The notes: generated by a model from the letters alone, not told the origin. A stretch of 51,115 nt of DNA from Minisyncoccota bacterium (GCA_039915165.1 JBDSNU010000017.1:68041-119155); one strand, 5' to 3'; positions 36,178-46,088 are shown, numbered from the stretch's first letter. Numbers and translations are program-made.

Positions 36178-37668
36178 ATGGAGACTACAGTTGAAAAGAA
36201 AGATACCCTCAAGTGGTGGATTCTAGTCACTGTTATTGTCGGAACATTTCTCGGACGTCTCGATCAAACTATTGTTAACCTGGCATTGCCAAACATCATT
36301 AGTGATTTTCGTATCAGTGTTAGTTCTGCTGGATGGATTGCCACTGCATACATTCTAGCGAATGCGATCTTTGTGCCTATTTGGGGTAAGCTTGGAGATA
36401 CTATCGGACGTAAAAAAGTCTATATCATTGGCTTCACAGTATTCATCATTGGATCAGTATTGGCTGGTTTTGCCTGGAACCTCCCATCGATGATTGTATT
36501 TCGCGTTATCCAAGCGATTGCTGGTTCTGCTGACTATCCCACAGCTATGGCAATTCTTGCAGTGACTTTCAAGGAAGGCAAAGAACGCGGACAAGCACTC
36601 GGTATCTGGTCTAGTTCATTTGCTGCGGCTAGTGTGTTCGGACCACTATTGGGAGGTCCATTGATTGATCACTTCGGTTGGCGTTCAGTATTTTTGATCA
36701 ACCTACCAGTTGGTATTGTGGGATTACTGATGGCGATGAAATACATCCATGAGTCTCGCTCTGAAATAAAGTCCACATTCTTTGACTGGTGGGGCGCTAT
36801 TACTCTTGGTGGAATGCTTTCATCACTTGTACTTGTGCTTGATAAAGGTGCTGAGTGGGGATGGATGTCAGTATCAAGTTTGATTTGTTACTTCTTGATT
36901 GTTGTTCTTACAGGGTTATTTATCCGCATTGAAAATAATGTATCTGAACCGATTGTTGATCTACGTTTCTTCAAGATTCCTGCATTTGTTAATACACTCG
37001 TCAACAACTTTGTAGTCTTCATGGGATTGATGGGTGGATTGTTCTTGTTGCCAGTTTTTGCTCAAACCTTCCTTGGATACAATGCAACACAAACAGGATA
37101 CTTGTTTATGCCAATGGCTGCCGCACTCATGTTGGGTGCGCCTATTGGTGGTGCATTAGCTGGTAAGGTACAAGCTCGCTATGTAATTTTTGCTAGTACC
37201 ATTGTTACTGCAATAGGGCTCTATATGTTTTCTTTCTTGGATCCGAAATCGACCGCACTGAGTTTGATGATCCCGCTGTGTGTTATGGCATTTGGTCTTG
37301 GCTTCGGTATGGCGCAACGTACAAACGTTATCGCTTCTGTTGTTGATCAGCATGAAATTGGTATTGCATCATCGATCCTTGCACTCGCACGTAATGTTGC
37401 CGGTGCATTTGGTATTGCAGTATTTGGTACCATTCTGACAAATCGTACAAAGGCAAACATTATGAGTATCAATAGTTTTAGTCATCTTTATAGTCACACA
37501 CCATTGAATATTCAAAAGTTTATTACATTGATTGAACTTAAGGCGCAAATTAATGCCTATAACTATGTCTTCGTAGTGGTGAGTATAGTGGTGGCGGTCG
37601 GAGCATTCTCCGTGCTATGGCTCAAATTAAAAAATGAACGAACAGATATTACTGTACATGTAGAATAA
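36178..37668 (+). CDS. DHA2 (EmrB/QacA-type) MFS efflux transporter
   Basis: LDQTIVNLALP, WIATAYIL, GKLGDTIGRKK, GPLLGG, WRSVFLINLPVG. Confidence 0.93.
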   Translation: METTVEKKDTLKWWILVTVIVGTFLGRLDQTIVNLALPNIISDFRISVSSAGWIATAYILANAIFVPIWGKLGDTIGRKKVYIIGFTVFIIGSVLAGFAWNLPSMIVFRVIQAIAGSADYPTAMAILAVTFKEGKERGQALGIWSSSFAAASVFGPLLGGPLIDHFGWRSVFLINLPVGIVGLLMAMKYIHESRSEIKSTFFDWWGAITLGGMLSSLVLVLDKGAEWGWMSVSSLICYFLIVVLTGLFIRIENNVSEPIVDLRFFKIPAFVNTLVNNFVVFMGLMGGLFLLPVFAQTFLGYNATQTGYLFMPMAAALMLGAPIGGALAGKVQARYVIFASTIVTAIGLYMFSFLDPKSTALSLMIPLCVMAFGLGFGMAQRTNVIASVVDQHEIGIASSILALARNVAGAFGIAVFGTILTNRTKANIMSINSFSHLYSHTPLNIQKFITLIELKAQINAYNYVFVVVSIVVAVGAFSVLWLKLKNERTDITVHVE

Positions 37669-37691
37669 GTCGCCTGAACGGCGCACCAAAG

Positions 37692-37721
37692 AAAAAAGCA
37701 GCTCATTTGAGCGGCTTTTTT
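37692..37721. terminator. Intrinsic terminator after efflux operon
   Basis: AAAAAAGCaGCTCA-tt-TGAGCgGCTTTTTT. Confidence 0.8.
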
Positions 37722-37739
37722 AATGCTACACTTACATAT

Positions 37740-38003
37740 ATGGAAAAACTTTGGTTTAAGCGAAAGCGATATGGATACGGCTGGACGCCCTCAACATGGC
37801 AGGGCTGGACAGTACTATTGGTATATGTTCTCAGCATCGCTTTCTTTGCAGAAAATTCTCGTAATTTCACTAAAACCAGCGATATAGTCATTGGCTTCAT
37901 TATTCCAACGTTTATGTTTACTATTTTGCTATTAATTGTCACATGGACAAAAGGGGAGACACCGCGCTGGCAGTGGGGGGATAAAGATGAAGATAAAAAA
38001 TAG
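37740..38003 (+). CDS. Small 2-TM conserved-looking membrane protein
   Basis: WFKRKRYGYGWTPSTWQGW...KGETPRWQWG; TGcTACACT 7 nt before the ATG at 37740. Confidence 0.8.
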   Translation: MEKLWFKRKRYGYGWTPSTWQGWTVLLVYVLSIAFFAENSRNFTKTSDIVIGFIIPTFMFTILLLIVTWTKGETPRWQWGDKDEDKK

Positions 38004-38038
38004 ACATCTATACTCACGTCTGATATAGTCGGCTCATC

Positions 38039-41000
38039 ATGAAAAACAATAAAATCCCAGGACGTCTTTTTTATAAGGTAGTTGCTGCGATTTTGTTGCC
38101 TACATTTTTTCTCAGTAGTATTACAGCTGTCTTTGCAGAAGAGTCTGTTACTACTACGCAGTCTGAGACAGTAACTCAAACCCCAAATACGACAGCTCCA
38201 GAATCTTTAGACACAATTACAACTACTACACCATCAGATACAACTTCCATGGAGCAGCCAAGTGTTGCTGTGTCAAAACCAGCTACCGATCCAATCGAAT
38301 CGTTAAAAACAGAAAATATAAAACTCGAAAAAACATCACCATCAGGTGCAAAGTCAGCAACAGCTTCAAGCTCCATTGCAGGTACGTCGTCATCTAGTAG
38401 TGCCCCTGTTCAACAAACTGATCAGCCACAATTATCGGTTGCATCAAAAAGTAAATTAATTCCACAGGTTGATAATACGACAGGCGCTTTGCGTTATAAT
38501 TTCCCTGTTACTATTGCTAAAGGAAGAAATAATATGACTCCTGATATCGCGCTGCAATATAATAGTCAAAATATCGCCACTGATTCAATTGTGGGATATG
38601 GATGGAATATTTCCATACCATATATCCAGCGAGAAAATAAGCACGGTGTGGACCAGATCTATTCAAGTACATATAATGATTTTACAACAAGTGATAATGG
38701 CGAGTTGGGGCAAATCAGTGGTGTAAACTATCAACTTAAGTCCGATGATGGGTCATTTTCAAAATATGTATTTTCTTCGAACACCTGGACTGTTACAGAT
38801 AAAACTGGAGTAGTATATAAATATGGAACAACTGCTGCTTCGCAACAAAATGATTCTGTAACAACTGCAAATGTATACAAATGGATGCTCGATAGTGCCA
38901 CTGATACTAATGGTAATTCAATTTCTTATACCTACTTCAAAGATCAAGGTCAGATTTATCCTGATACAATTACTTATACCAATACTTCTGGTGGCACAGG
39001 AATTTTTAGTGTTGTGTTTACTCATGCAGCTGCTGCATCCACCGGGGCGAGCAGTTATGTAACTGGATTTGGAGTTATTACAGGATATAATATTACTGCA
39101 ATAACTTCAAAAATCTCAGGTGTTACTCGTCACAAATATGATCTAACATACGTGAATGGCAGTAACAATAACAAGCAATTATTATCTACGATTATAGAAA
39201 CAGGATATAACACTAGTGGTACTAGTACAGTATTTCCTGCAACTCGTCTTAGTTATACTACGGGTAATGGGAAAACATTTAGTACAACTGCTGCAACATT
39301 GCCAACATATACATTGCCAGGTGGAACAACTCGACAAGATGCACGATTAGGTGACAGTGGCGATAATGCTTATGTATGGCCATATTCAAAAACTGGTACA
39401 TTGATTGATGTTAACGGCGACGGCTATCCTGATTGGATAAACTCTGAGTTGTCTGATTATGCAACTGGGTCAAGCTCTAATGGCAAATTTTATGATGTAT
39501 GGCTTGGTTCAGCGAGTGGTTGGATATTGAGTACATCATGGACGGCTGCAATACCTGTGGATTCAACAGGTAAGGTATATTCATTATCTGACTCTCAAAA
39601 TAATAAGCTTGTTGATATAAACGGCGACGGATTACCTGATTGGGTGATTTCAACACCAGGTTCAACAGTTAATTTTGATACCGCTGTAGTATGGCTCAAC
39701 AATGGTTCAGGGTGGACAAAGACGACTACTTGGACAATGCCAACTATGACTGTTTCTGGAACAGTATATGGAGTTGCTGTTAATTCCTCAACTCCGGTAG
39801 TACATGGTGTTCCAAATAATATTGGTCCAAGTGGTTATAACTACTTCACTAATCTTGTCGATGTAAACAATGATGGGCTTGTTGATTTAGTGCAAACATC
39901 ATCAGACAATTTCGGTGCTTCAACTATTTCAGATCACCACGCAGTGTATTTAAACACAGGAACTGGTTGGACTAAATCCACCACCTGGACAATGCCAGTG
40001 CATCCAACAGGAAGTGGTACATATTTCGGATCATCAGTAGATAATTTAAGTGGCACAAATGTAATTCTTGATGTGAATGGCGACGGTTTACCTGATTGGA
40101 TTGAAACAGGTGGGTATAGCGCATCATCAACAGAAAATTATGTACTTTGGTTGAATACAGGTGCAGGATGGGTACGCAGTACAACGTGGGCACTTCCAGT
40201 TCATACTGTAACACCTCCAACAGGAGCGTTTCCGGAGCAGGGTGTGCGCCTCGGTTCTAGTTACATAATTTGTGACTACGGCAGCGGATCATATAACTGT
40301 GCGGTTCGTGTCAATGCATTGGCTGATGTGAATGGCGACGGCTTACCTGATTTTGTTGAGACATACAACAACCTTTCTGGAAGTACTGTATCATTCAGTG
40401 AATATAATGACGTTTGGTTGAATAATGGTAAGAATGGATGGATTCAAAAAACTTCTTGGTATATGCCACAATATTACGGCTATGGCACACCAATTCGATT
40501 AGGTAATGACGGGGTGTATAGTGTACAACTTTCTGATGTAAACAATGATGGACTTTTAGACTTTGTTGCTAGTTGTGATTGCGGTAGAACAGGAAGTGCC
40601 TATTACCCGCAATCATCGAACGTATTTTTAAATAGTGGGTCAGGATGGAGTGTTGCTGGTTACACCTTACCAAACAGAAGTGCTAGTTATCCCTATGATG
40701 GTTCTGTACTTGGATTTACTGATTTTACTTACGGAGTAAATGTACCAGTAACTCACCACAGAACTGCAGTGCTACAAGATATAAACAATGACGGTTCCCC
40801 TGATTGGATTGAATCTAACCAATTTGATACGCCTCCCAATTTGACGCCAAATCCTGCAGCATATGAACGTCATGGAGTATGGAGTAATTCTGCAACACAA
40901 TCAGATCTTTTGTCATCAATTACTTATGATCACGGTGCATCATCTAGTTTTATCTACACTCCACAGGTTATTGTTGATAAAAATGCAACCACTCAGACTC

Positions 41001-44000
41001 AAACAGTTGAGGCTGTGACCTCAACTACTCTCAATGATGGCATTGGAGGTTCTGGTGTAACCACATACAGTTATATTAATGGAAAATACTTTTATTCTAC
41101 AAATAAAACTTGGAAAAAATTCGCTGGATTCCAAAAAGTGACAATTACTAATCCTGATGGTGGTAAGGTGATTAATTATTATCACCAGGGTAATGGGATC
41201 GACACCGCAACTTATGAATATAGCGATGCAGAATCAGAAATAGGAAAGCTATACCGTACTGATATTACAGATGCAGCTGGTAATCTCTATAAGCGCACAA
41301 CAATAGAGTGGGCAAAGACATTAATAACTTCTGTAAATAGTGATGTGTATTTTGTATACCCAATTCAAACCATCGCTGAAACGTTTGATGGTAATGCATC
41401 TGAGCGGGCAACAGCAGAAACATTTGCATATAACACTACTACTGGAAATCTCACTACTGATACAAATTATGGGGAGGTTACAGTGACAACTCCAATTGCA
41501 TATACTGATATTGGAACTGATAAACAGGTAACAACTTATACGTATGCAACAAATGTTGGCGGTATGTATTTAGTATCTGATGAAAACGTGGTGGACCAAT
41601 CAACTGTTAAGATTCGTGAGATTCGGCATTACTATGATTCACTCGCACTTGGTTCAGTAACCCTTGGAAATGAGACAAAGACAGAAAAGTGGAAAATAGC
41701 AACAACATATATAAATACACAAAAAACATACAATAGTTATGGACTTCCTGTAACAAGTACTGATGAGCGAGGAAAAGTGACTAGCTACACCACATATGAT
41801 ACATACAATCTATACCCGCTGACCATCACAGACCCTATGTCGCACGCTATACAGCTTACGTACGACTACATGTTTGGAGCAATATTACAAAAGACCGATT
41901 TTAATAGTGATATTTATATTACAACCTACGATGGTATGGGAAGAGTGCTAAGTCAGCAAATCCCAGAGCCACTAACTGGGGCATCAACACTACGAGAAAC
42001 TATTAGTTATGGAGATTATTCAACAGGCGCATCGACCTTAGAAAAAATTTTCTATACAGACTCATCAGTCAATTATAAAATTGATGATTGGTTTGATGGT
42101 CTTGGTAAGTTGATTGAAGAAAATAGACAAATTGACCCTATAAATTTTTGGCGCAACTACCAGGCAAAGGATTATTGGTATGATGGAGGTGGCCGATTAA
42201 TTAAATCTTCGCTCCCGTATTTAACTTTGGGAGGAGGTAATAATAGAGGGGCAGGTGCGGCAGCACTTAATACTACATACACTTATGATGTATTAGGTCG
42301 GGTACTCACTGCGACTAATACTCTCGGAGTAACTACAACCTCATATGATGACTGGAAGACAACGGTTACTGATCCGAATACAAATGTTAAAAAATACTAC
42401 ACTGATGCTTATGACAACTTAGTTAAGGTCGATGAAATCAACGGTGTTTCAACATATACCACAGTGTACGCTTGGAATCTTAATAAGAATCTTATTAAGA
42501 TTACAGATGCATTAAGTAATGTGCGTAACTTTACTTACGATGGACTCGGCCGTAGATTAACTGCGGAAGATCTTCATGTATCCACTGATACATCATTTGG
42601 TTCATGGTCATATACATATGATGATGCAGGCAACATAACACAATCAATTAGTCCAAATGCTGCAACGGTAAATTATACGTATGATAATGCAGGCCGAAAA
42701 CTCACAGAAGACAATATCGGTGTTGTAGGTACTGAAATTACCTATACCTATGATACTTGCACACAAGGCATCGGGAAGTTGTGTACAGTTACAATGCTCA
42801 CAGGAACTGGAGCAAATACAGCTTATACATATAATTATGATGGGGCAGTTGCAAGTGAAAATAAAACAATTAATAGTACTTCATTTCTAACATCGTATAT
42901 ATACAATCTTGCTGGAGATATTACTTCTATCACATACCCGGATAATTCTGTTGTGCAATATAGCTATATTAGTGACGGTTTGATTAATTCAGTTCAGCAA
43001 AAGGAAAGTGGGGGTAGTTTTGCAACTGTAGTTAATTCGATTACATATACTCCAAATTTTGCAATTTCATATATTCATTATGTAAATGGTGATAGTACTA
43101 CAATTACTAACGATGCTACAAAAATGTACCGCACAACTCGTCGACTTAGTATAGATGGGACGCCAAGTAATATTCAGGATTCAAACTATACCTACGATGC
43201 TAATGGAAATATTACTAATTATATTGATGCTTCTATTCAAGATACTTCAAAAACAGTTGCATACACTTATGATGCACTCAATCGTATAAAGACTGCTACT
43301 GCTACGGGCGTTCATAGTGGTACGACTGCGTACGCAGAAACATATAACTATGATGCTCTAGGGAATATTAGTTCAAAAAACGGACTAACTTATCTTTATC
43401 AAGGAAATACTGGAACACTAAAAACTAATCCAGATGGTGCCACATCAATCAACGGCGTTACATATACCTATGATGCAGATGGAAATCTGACAACTAATGG
43501 AACTATTACAAACACTTGGAACTATAAAGATCAAGTGACACAAACAGTAAAAGGAGCTACTACTGTTAATTACTACTATGACCAAGAAGGTAATCGTGTC
43601 TGGTACAAAGTTGGTACAACAAACACTTACTACCCAAATAAATATTATAATTATGACGGTACAACAAAAACCAAACAGATTTATCTCGGCAATCAATTAA
43701 TCGGTACGTTTAAAACAGTTGCTGGGGTAACAACTCCTTGGTATATCATTGGAGATAATATCTTAGGAACAAGTTTAGCAATATCAAACACTGGTGCTGT
43801 TACTCAGGTTCTCGATTACTTACCATTTGGTGATATTCGTCTTAATGAAAAAACCGGAACGATTGATGAAAAAAATAAGTTTGGTGGGCATGAGTATGAC
43901 ACTGAGACCGACCTTAACTATTTCGGAGCGCGTTACTATAATGCGAAGATTGGACGGTTTATTTCAGAAGACCCCTCATTTCTTATGATTGGAGACAGTA

Positions 44001-44632
44001 ACCAAACTAAGAATATTACTGGTCAGGACTTGCAACAGCTACTTATGGACCCGCAATCCTTGAATTCTTATTCATATGTTGAGAATAACCCACTTATCAA
44101 AATTGATCCTGATGGTAAATATTGGCAATTATCAGCGTCTGCAACAGCTTTAGGTTGGAGTGGAGAAGTGGGAATAAGAGGAGATACAACAGGATTAAAC
44201 CTTGTCGTATCAGGAGGGCTTGGGGTTGGTTTAGAAGGAAAACCTTTATCACTTTCCTATACTCCAGGAGAGGTAAATCATGAGGTAGAAACATCAACTG
44301 TTGTAGGAGGAAGTGGGGCATATTTCGCTGGTCTCGGAATATCAAGAGAGGGTACGTATATACCAAGTACATATAGTCTTGCAAATTCATCAGTTCAAAA
44401 ATCTCTGATATTAGGATTAGGATTGGATGCATACGCAAGAAAGGAGATATCAGTCCCTATTCTTGGAAAACAACAATTTGCTGCAGTCACAAGACAGCAC
44501 GCGGTTGAATATATGAGTAGTGGAAAAAATCAATTACAAGCAAATATGTCTAAAGGTACAAATACAAGTACGTCTACACAAAATAATTTTTCACCAACTA
44601 TAAATAATGTGTTAAAATCGTTCAAGAGATAA
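38039..44632 (+). CDS. Secreted SpvB-N / FG-GAP / YD-RHS repeat polymorphic toxin (TcB-TcC-like fusion)
   Basis: Signal peptide (..ITAVFA|EE); SpvB-like TGALRYNFPV..GRNNMTPDIALQYNS..GYGW; seven D(V/I)NxDGxxD repeats; YD repeats; RHS core GHEYDTETDLNYFGARYY...YSYVENNPLIKIDPDG; 171-aa C-terminal domain. Confidence 0.92.
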   Translation: MKNNKIPGRLFYKVVAAILLPTFFLSSITAVFAEESVTTTQSETVTQTPNTTAPESLDTITTTTPSDTTSMEQPSVAVSKPATDPIESLKTENIKLEKTSPSGAKSATASSSIAGTSSSSSAPVQQTDQPQLSVASKSKLIPQVDNTTGALRYNFPVTIAKGRNNMTPDIALQYNSQNIATDSIVGYGWNISIPYIQRENKHGVDQIYSSTYNDFTTSDNGELGQISGVNYQLKSDDGSFSKYVFSSNTWTVTDKTGVVYKYGTTAASQQNDSVTTANVYKWMLDSATDTNGNSISYTYFKDQGQIYPDTITYTNTSGGTGIFSVVFTHAAAASTGASSYVTGFGVITGYNITAITSKISGVTRHKYDLTYVNGSNNNKQLLSTIIETGYNTSGTSTVFPATRLSYTTGNGKTFSTTAATLPTYTLPGGTTRQDARLGDSGDNAYVWPYSKTGTLIDVNGDGYPDWINSELSDYATGSSSNGKFYDVWLGSASGWILSTSWTAAIPVDSTGKVYSLSDSQNNKLVDINGDGLPDWVISTPGSTVNFDTAVVWLNNGSGWTKTTTWTMPTMTVSGTVYGVAVNSSTPVVHGVPNNIGPSGYNYFTNLVDVNNDGLVDLVQTSSDNFGASTISDHHAVYLNTGTGWTKSTTWTMPVHPTGSGTYFGSSVDNLSGTNVILDVNGDGLPDWIETGGYSASSTENYVLWLNTGAGWVRSTTWALPVHTVTPPTGAFPEQGVRLGSSYIICDYGSGSYNCAVRVNALADVNGDGLPDFVETYNNLSGSTVSFSEYNDVWLNNGKNGWIQKTSWYMPQYYGYGTPIRLGNDGVYSVQLSDVNNDGLLDFVASCDCGRTGSAYYPQSSNVFLNSGSGWSVAGYTLPNRSASYPYDGSVLGFTDFTYGVNVPVTHHRTAVLQDINNDGSPDWIESNQFDTPPNLTPNPAAYERHGVWSNSATQSDLLSSITYDHGASSSFIYTPQVIVDKNATTQTQTVEAVTSTTLNDGIGGSGVTTYSYINGKYFYSTNKTWKKFAGFQKVTITNPDGGKVINYYHQGNGIDTATYEYSDAESEIGKLYRTDITDAAGNLYKRTTIEWAKTLITSVNSDVYFVYPIQTIAETFDGNASERATAETFAYNTTTGNLTTDTNYGEVTVTTPIAYTDIGTDKQVTTYTYATNVGGMYLVSDENVVDQSTVKIREIRHYYDSLALGSVTLGNETKTEKWKIATTYINTQKTYNSYGLPVTSTDERGKVTSYTTYDTYNLYPLTITDPMSHAIQLTYDYMFGAILQKTDFNSDIYITTYDGMGRVLSQQIPEPLTGASTLRETISYGDYSTGASTLEKIFYTDSSVNYKIDDWFDGLGKLIEENRQIDPINFWRNYQAKDYWYDGGGRLIKSSLPYLTLGGGNNRGAGAAALNTTYTYDVLGRVLTATNTLGVTTTSYDDWKTTVTDPNTNVKKYYTDAYDNLVKVDEINGVSTYTTVYAWNLNKNLIKITDALSNVRNFTYDGLGRRLTAEDLHVSTDTSFGSWSYTYDDAGNITQSISPNAATVNYTYDNAGRKLTEDNIGVVGTEITYTYDTCTQGIGKLCTVTMLTGTGANTAYTYNYDGAVASENKTINSTSFLTSYIYNLAGDITSITYPDNSVVQYSYISDGLINSVQQKESGGSFATVVNSITYTPNFAISYIHYVNGDSTTITNDATKMYRTTRRLSIDGTPSNIQDSNYTYDANGNITNYIDASIQDTSKTVAYTYDALNRIKTATATGVHSGTTAYAETYNYDALGNISSKNGLTYLYQGNTGTLKTNPDGATSINGVTYTYDADGNLTTNGTITNTWNYKDQVTQTVKGATTVNYYYDQEGNRVWYKVGTTNTYYPNKYYNYDGTTKTKQIYLGNQLIGTFKTVAGVTTPWYIIGDNILGTSLAISNTGAVTQVLDYLPFGDIRLNEKTGTIDEKNKFGGHEYDTETDLNYFGARYYNAKIGRFISEDPSFLMIGDSNQTKNITGQDLQQLLMDPQSLNSYSYVENNPLIKIDPDGKYWQLSASATALGWSGEVGIRGDTTGLNLVVSGGLGVGLEGKPLSLSYTPGEVNHEVETSTVVGGSGAYFAGLGISREGTYIPSTYSLANSSVQKSLILGLGLDAYARKEISVPILGKQQFAAVTRQHAVEYMSSGKNQLQANMSKGTNTSTSTQNNFSPTINNVLKSFKR
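39400..40810 (+). repeat. Seven FG-GAP/VCBS-like repeats within the RHS protein
   Basis: DVNGDGYPD, DINGDGLPD, DVNNDGLVD, DVNGDGLPD x2, DVNNDGLLD, DINNDGSPD, most followed by (V/L)(W/Y/F)LNxGxGW. Confidence 0.85.
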
Positions 44633-44636
44633 AATT

Positions 44637-44882
44637 ATGAATTTTGCAGAAACTTACAATATATTGTGGTCAATAGGGGCCATTATCCTTGGAATCGTCT
44701 TGTTGTTCTTCAGCAGAAGTTTCCTAAAAGCTAACCAAAAGGCTTATGAAAATTTAGACAAAAAACGTAAGTTTTGGTTTTTTCAGCAGGGATCAAAGAC
44801 AATGAGGGAACCTTATATGAAGGTACTGGCAGTAATATTAGGATTAATATTCTTATTGGTTGGTATTCTCGGGGTGATATAA
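44637..44882 (+). CDS. Putative cognate immunity protein (2 TM)
   Basis: Starts 4 nt after the toxin stop; paralogous to 46089 and 46364. Confidence 0.7.
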   Translation: MNFAETYNILWSIGAIILGIVLLFFSRSFLKANQKAYENLDKKRKFWFFQQGSKTMREPYMKVLAVILGLIFLLVGILGVI

Positions 44883-44899
44883 TGCTTTCTATGAAATAG

Positions 44900-45328
44900 A
44901 TGAAAATTGATTATTCAAGAGAATTTATTGTCAATGAACAAGACAAGATTATTGATTTGTTTTTGGTATATCAGATGCTAGAAATGTTACTTTTTATTAA
45001 ATTACATCTTACAGATATAGAAGTCGCTGATGATAGAGCATTATTCATAGAGCAAATGAATGAACGAATCAATTCAAAGACGCTCGGCAAGCTCAAGGAT
45101 AAGTATCTGAGAAAATTTCCAAATGATGATTACGTTCTTGTAGAAGAATTGAAAAGTGTTACCAAGCAGCGCAATAGTTTTATGCATTCTCTTTGGATTA
45201 TTATAGCGTTGGGAAAAAACAAGCGTGAAGCTCATTCGTTAGGAAGAAAACTTATAAAGGATTATCTCAAAAGAGCGGATGAGTTGTTTGAAAAAGTTCT
45301 TAGCATGCCTGAGGGCAGTAGTTCCTAA
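44900..45328 (+). CDS. Hypothetical helical protein with HEPN-like RxxxxH motif
   Basis: YQMLE early, KTLGKL, QRNSFMHS late. Confidence 0.65.
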   Translation: MKIDYSREFIVNEQDKIIDLFLVYQMLEMLLFIKLHLTDIEVADDRALFIEQMNERINSKTLGKLKDKYLRKFPNDDYVLVEELKSVTKQRNSFMHSLWIIIALGKNKREAHSLGRKLIKDYLKRADELFEKVLSMPEGSSS

Positions 45329-45366
45329 AAATATAAGTTATAACGTCGAGTGTCGATTAGTACACC

Positions 45367-45446
45367 TTGGTGGACACGAGTATGAGGCTGGTCTGAATTA
45401 TTTTGCTTTCTATATCTCGATCCAAACTTGGGACGATGTTCGGATC
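45367..45446 (+). pseudogene. Decayed fragment of an RHS core
   Basis: ttggtggacacgagtatga..ctgaattatttt..tatctcgatccaaacttgggacga (GGHEY..LNYF / YLDPNLGR) mirrors 43881-43960 (GGHEYDTETDLNYFGARYYNAKIGR) with indels. Confidence 0.7.
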
Positions 45447-45528
45447 TGTTTGATAGGAAGGAATGTCGAAATATAAGCTAATTGGTGCTGCTATTTCGAT
45501 AACATACAATATCTGCTAAAATCGCCTT

Positions 45529-45912
45529 ATGAAGGTTGGTTTACAGAATGACTTACAAGGTAAGAAATGGTATTGGAAAACTAAAAAATGGCTTAAAAAT
45601 GGTCCTATTTTCTTACTCTGGAAGCATTATTTCAGTTTTGAAAATTTTACTGTTGATAGTAAGAAATCAATAGGGCTTCTGCGTAGTTCAATAAAAACCG
45701 TTATTATAAGTATTCTATATGCATTAGTTTCAATAGGGGCTTTTGAATACTTACAAATCAAGATGCCAATTGGTTCCTTTTTACAGATTATACACCTCCC
45801 TTTAATAAGTATAAAAGATAATACAGTTGATTCATTTTTAACAACCGTAGCAAGTGTTTCAGGGGTATTTTTAGCTTTATATTTTGCTTCCGTATTCCTC
45901 AATCAATCTTAA
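45529..45912 (+). CDS. Hypothetical membrane protein, probably 3'-truncated
   Basis: TGcTAAAAT 6 nt before the ATG; two TMs; ends right after a TM where a toxin-tail remnant begins. Confidence 0.55.
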   Translation: MKVGLQNDLQGKKWYWKTKKWLKNGPIFLLWKHYFSFENFTVDSKKSIGLLRSSIKTVIISILYALVSIGAFEYLQIKMPIGSFLQIIHLPLISIKDNTVDSFLTTVASVSGVFLALYFASVFLNQS

Positions 45913-46074
45913 CTAATACCGAAAGAATGTTTATCGGATAAGAAAACTTATCTAAGTGCCGCTAAATCACAACAAGTATCAAATAATAATACTCAGAACA
46001 GATCCTTATATTCTGGACTGCAAACAGGGTTTTCTTCATTGATGAATAATATTACAAGAAAAATTAATAAATAA
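45913..46074 (+). pseudogene. Orphan toxin C-terminal remnant (no start codon)
   Basis: ..TYLSAAKSQQVSNNNTQNRSLYSGLQTGFSSLMNNITRKINK* resembles the toxin end EYMSSGKNQLQANMSKGTNTSTSTQNNFSPTINNVLKSFKR*; directly precedes an immunity paralog. Confidence 0.55.
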
Positions 46075-46088
46075 TATATAATTAAGGT

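Noticed and set aside
45279-45476. 65-aa ORF from the track
   Set aside because: Chimeric chance frame overlapping the previous gene; only the GGHEY..LNYF part is meaningful, as an RHS scar.
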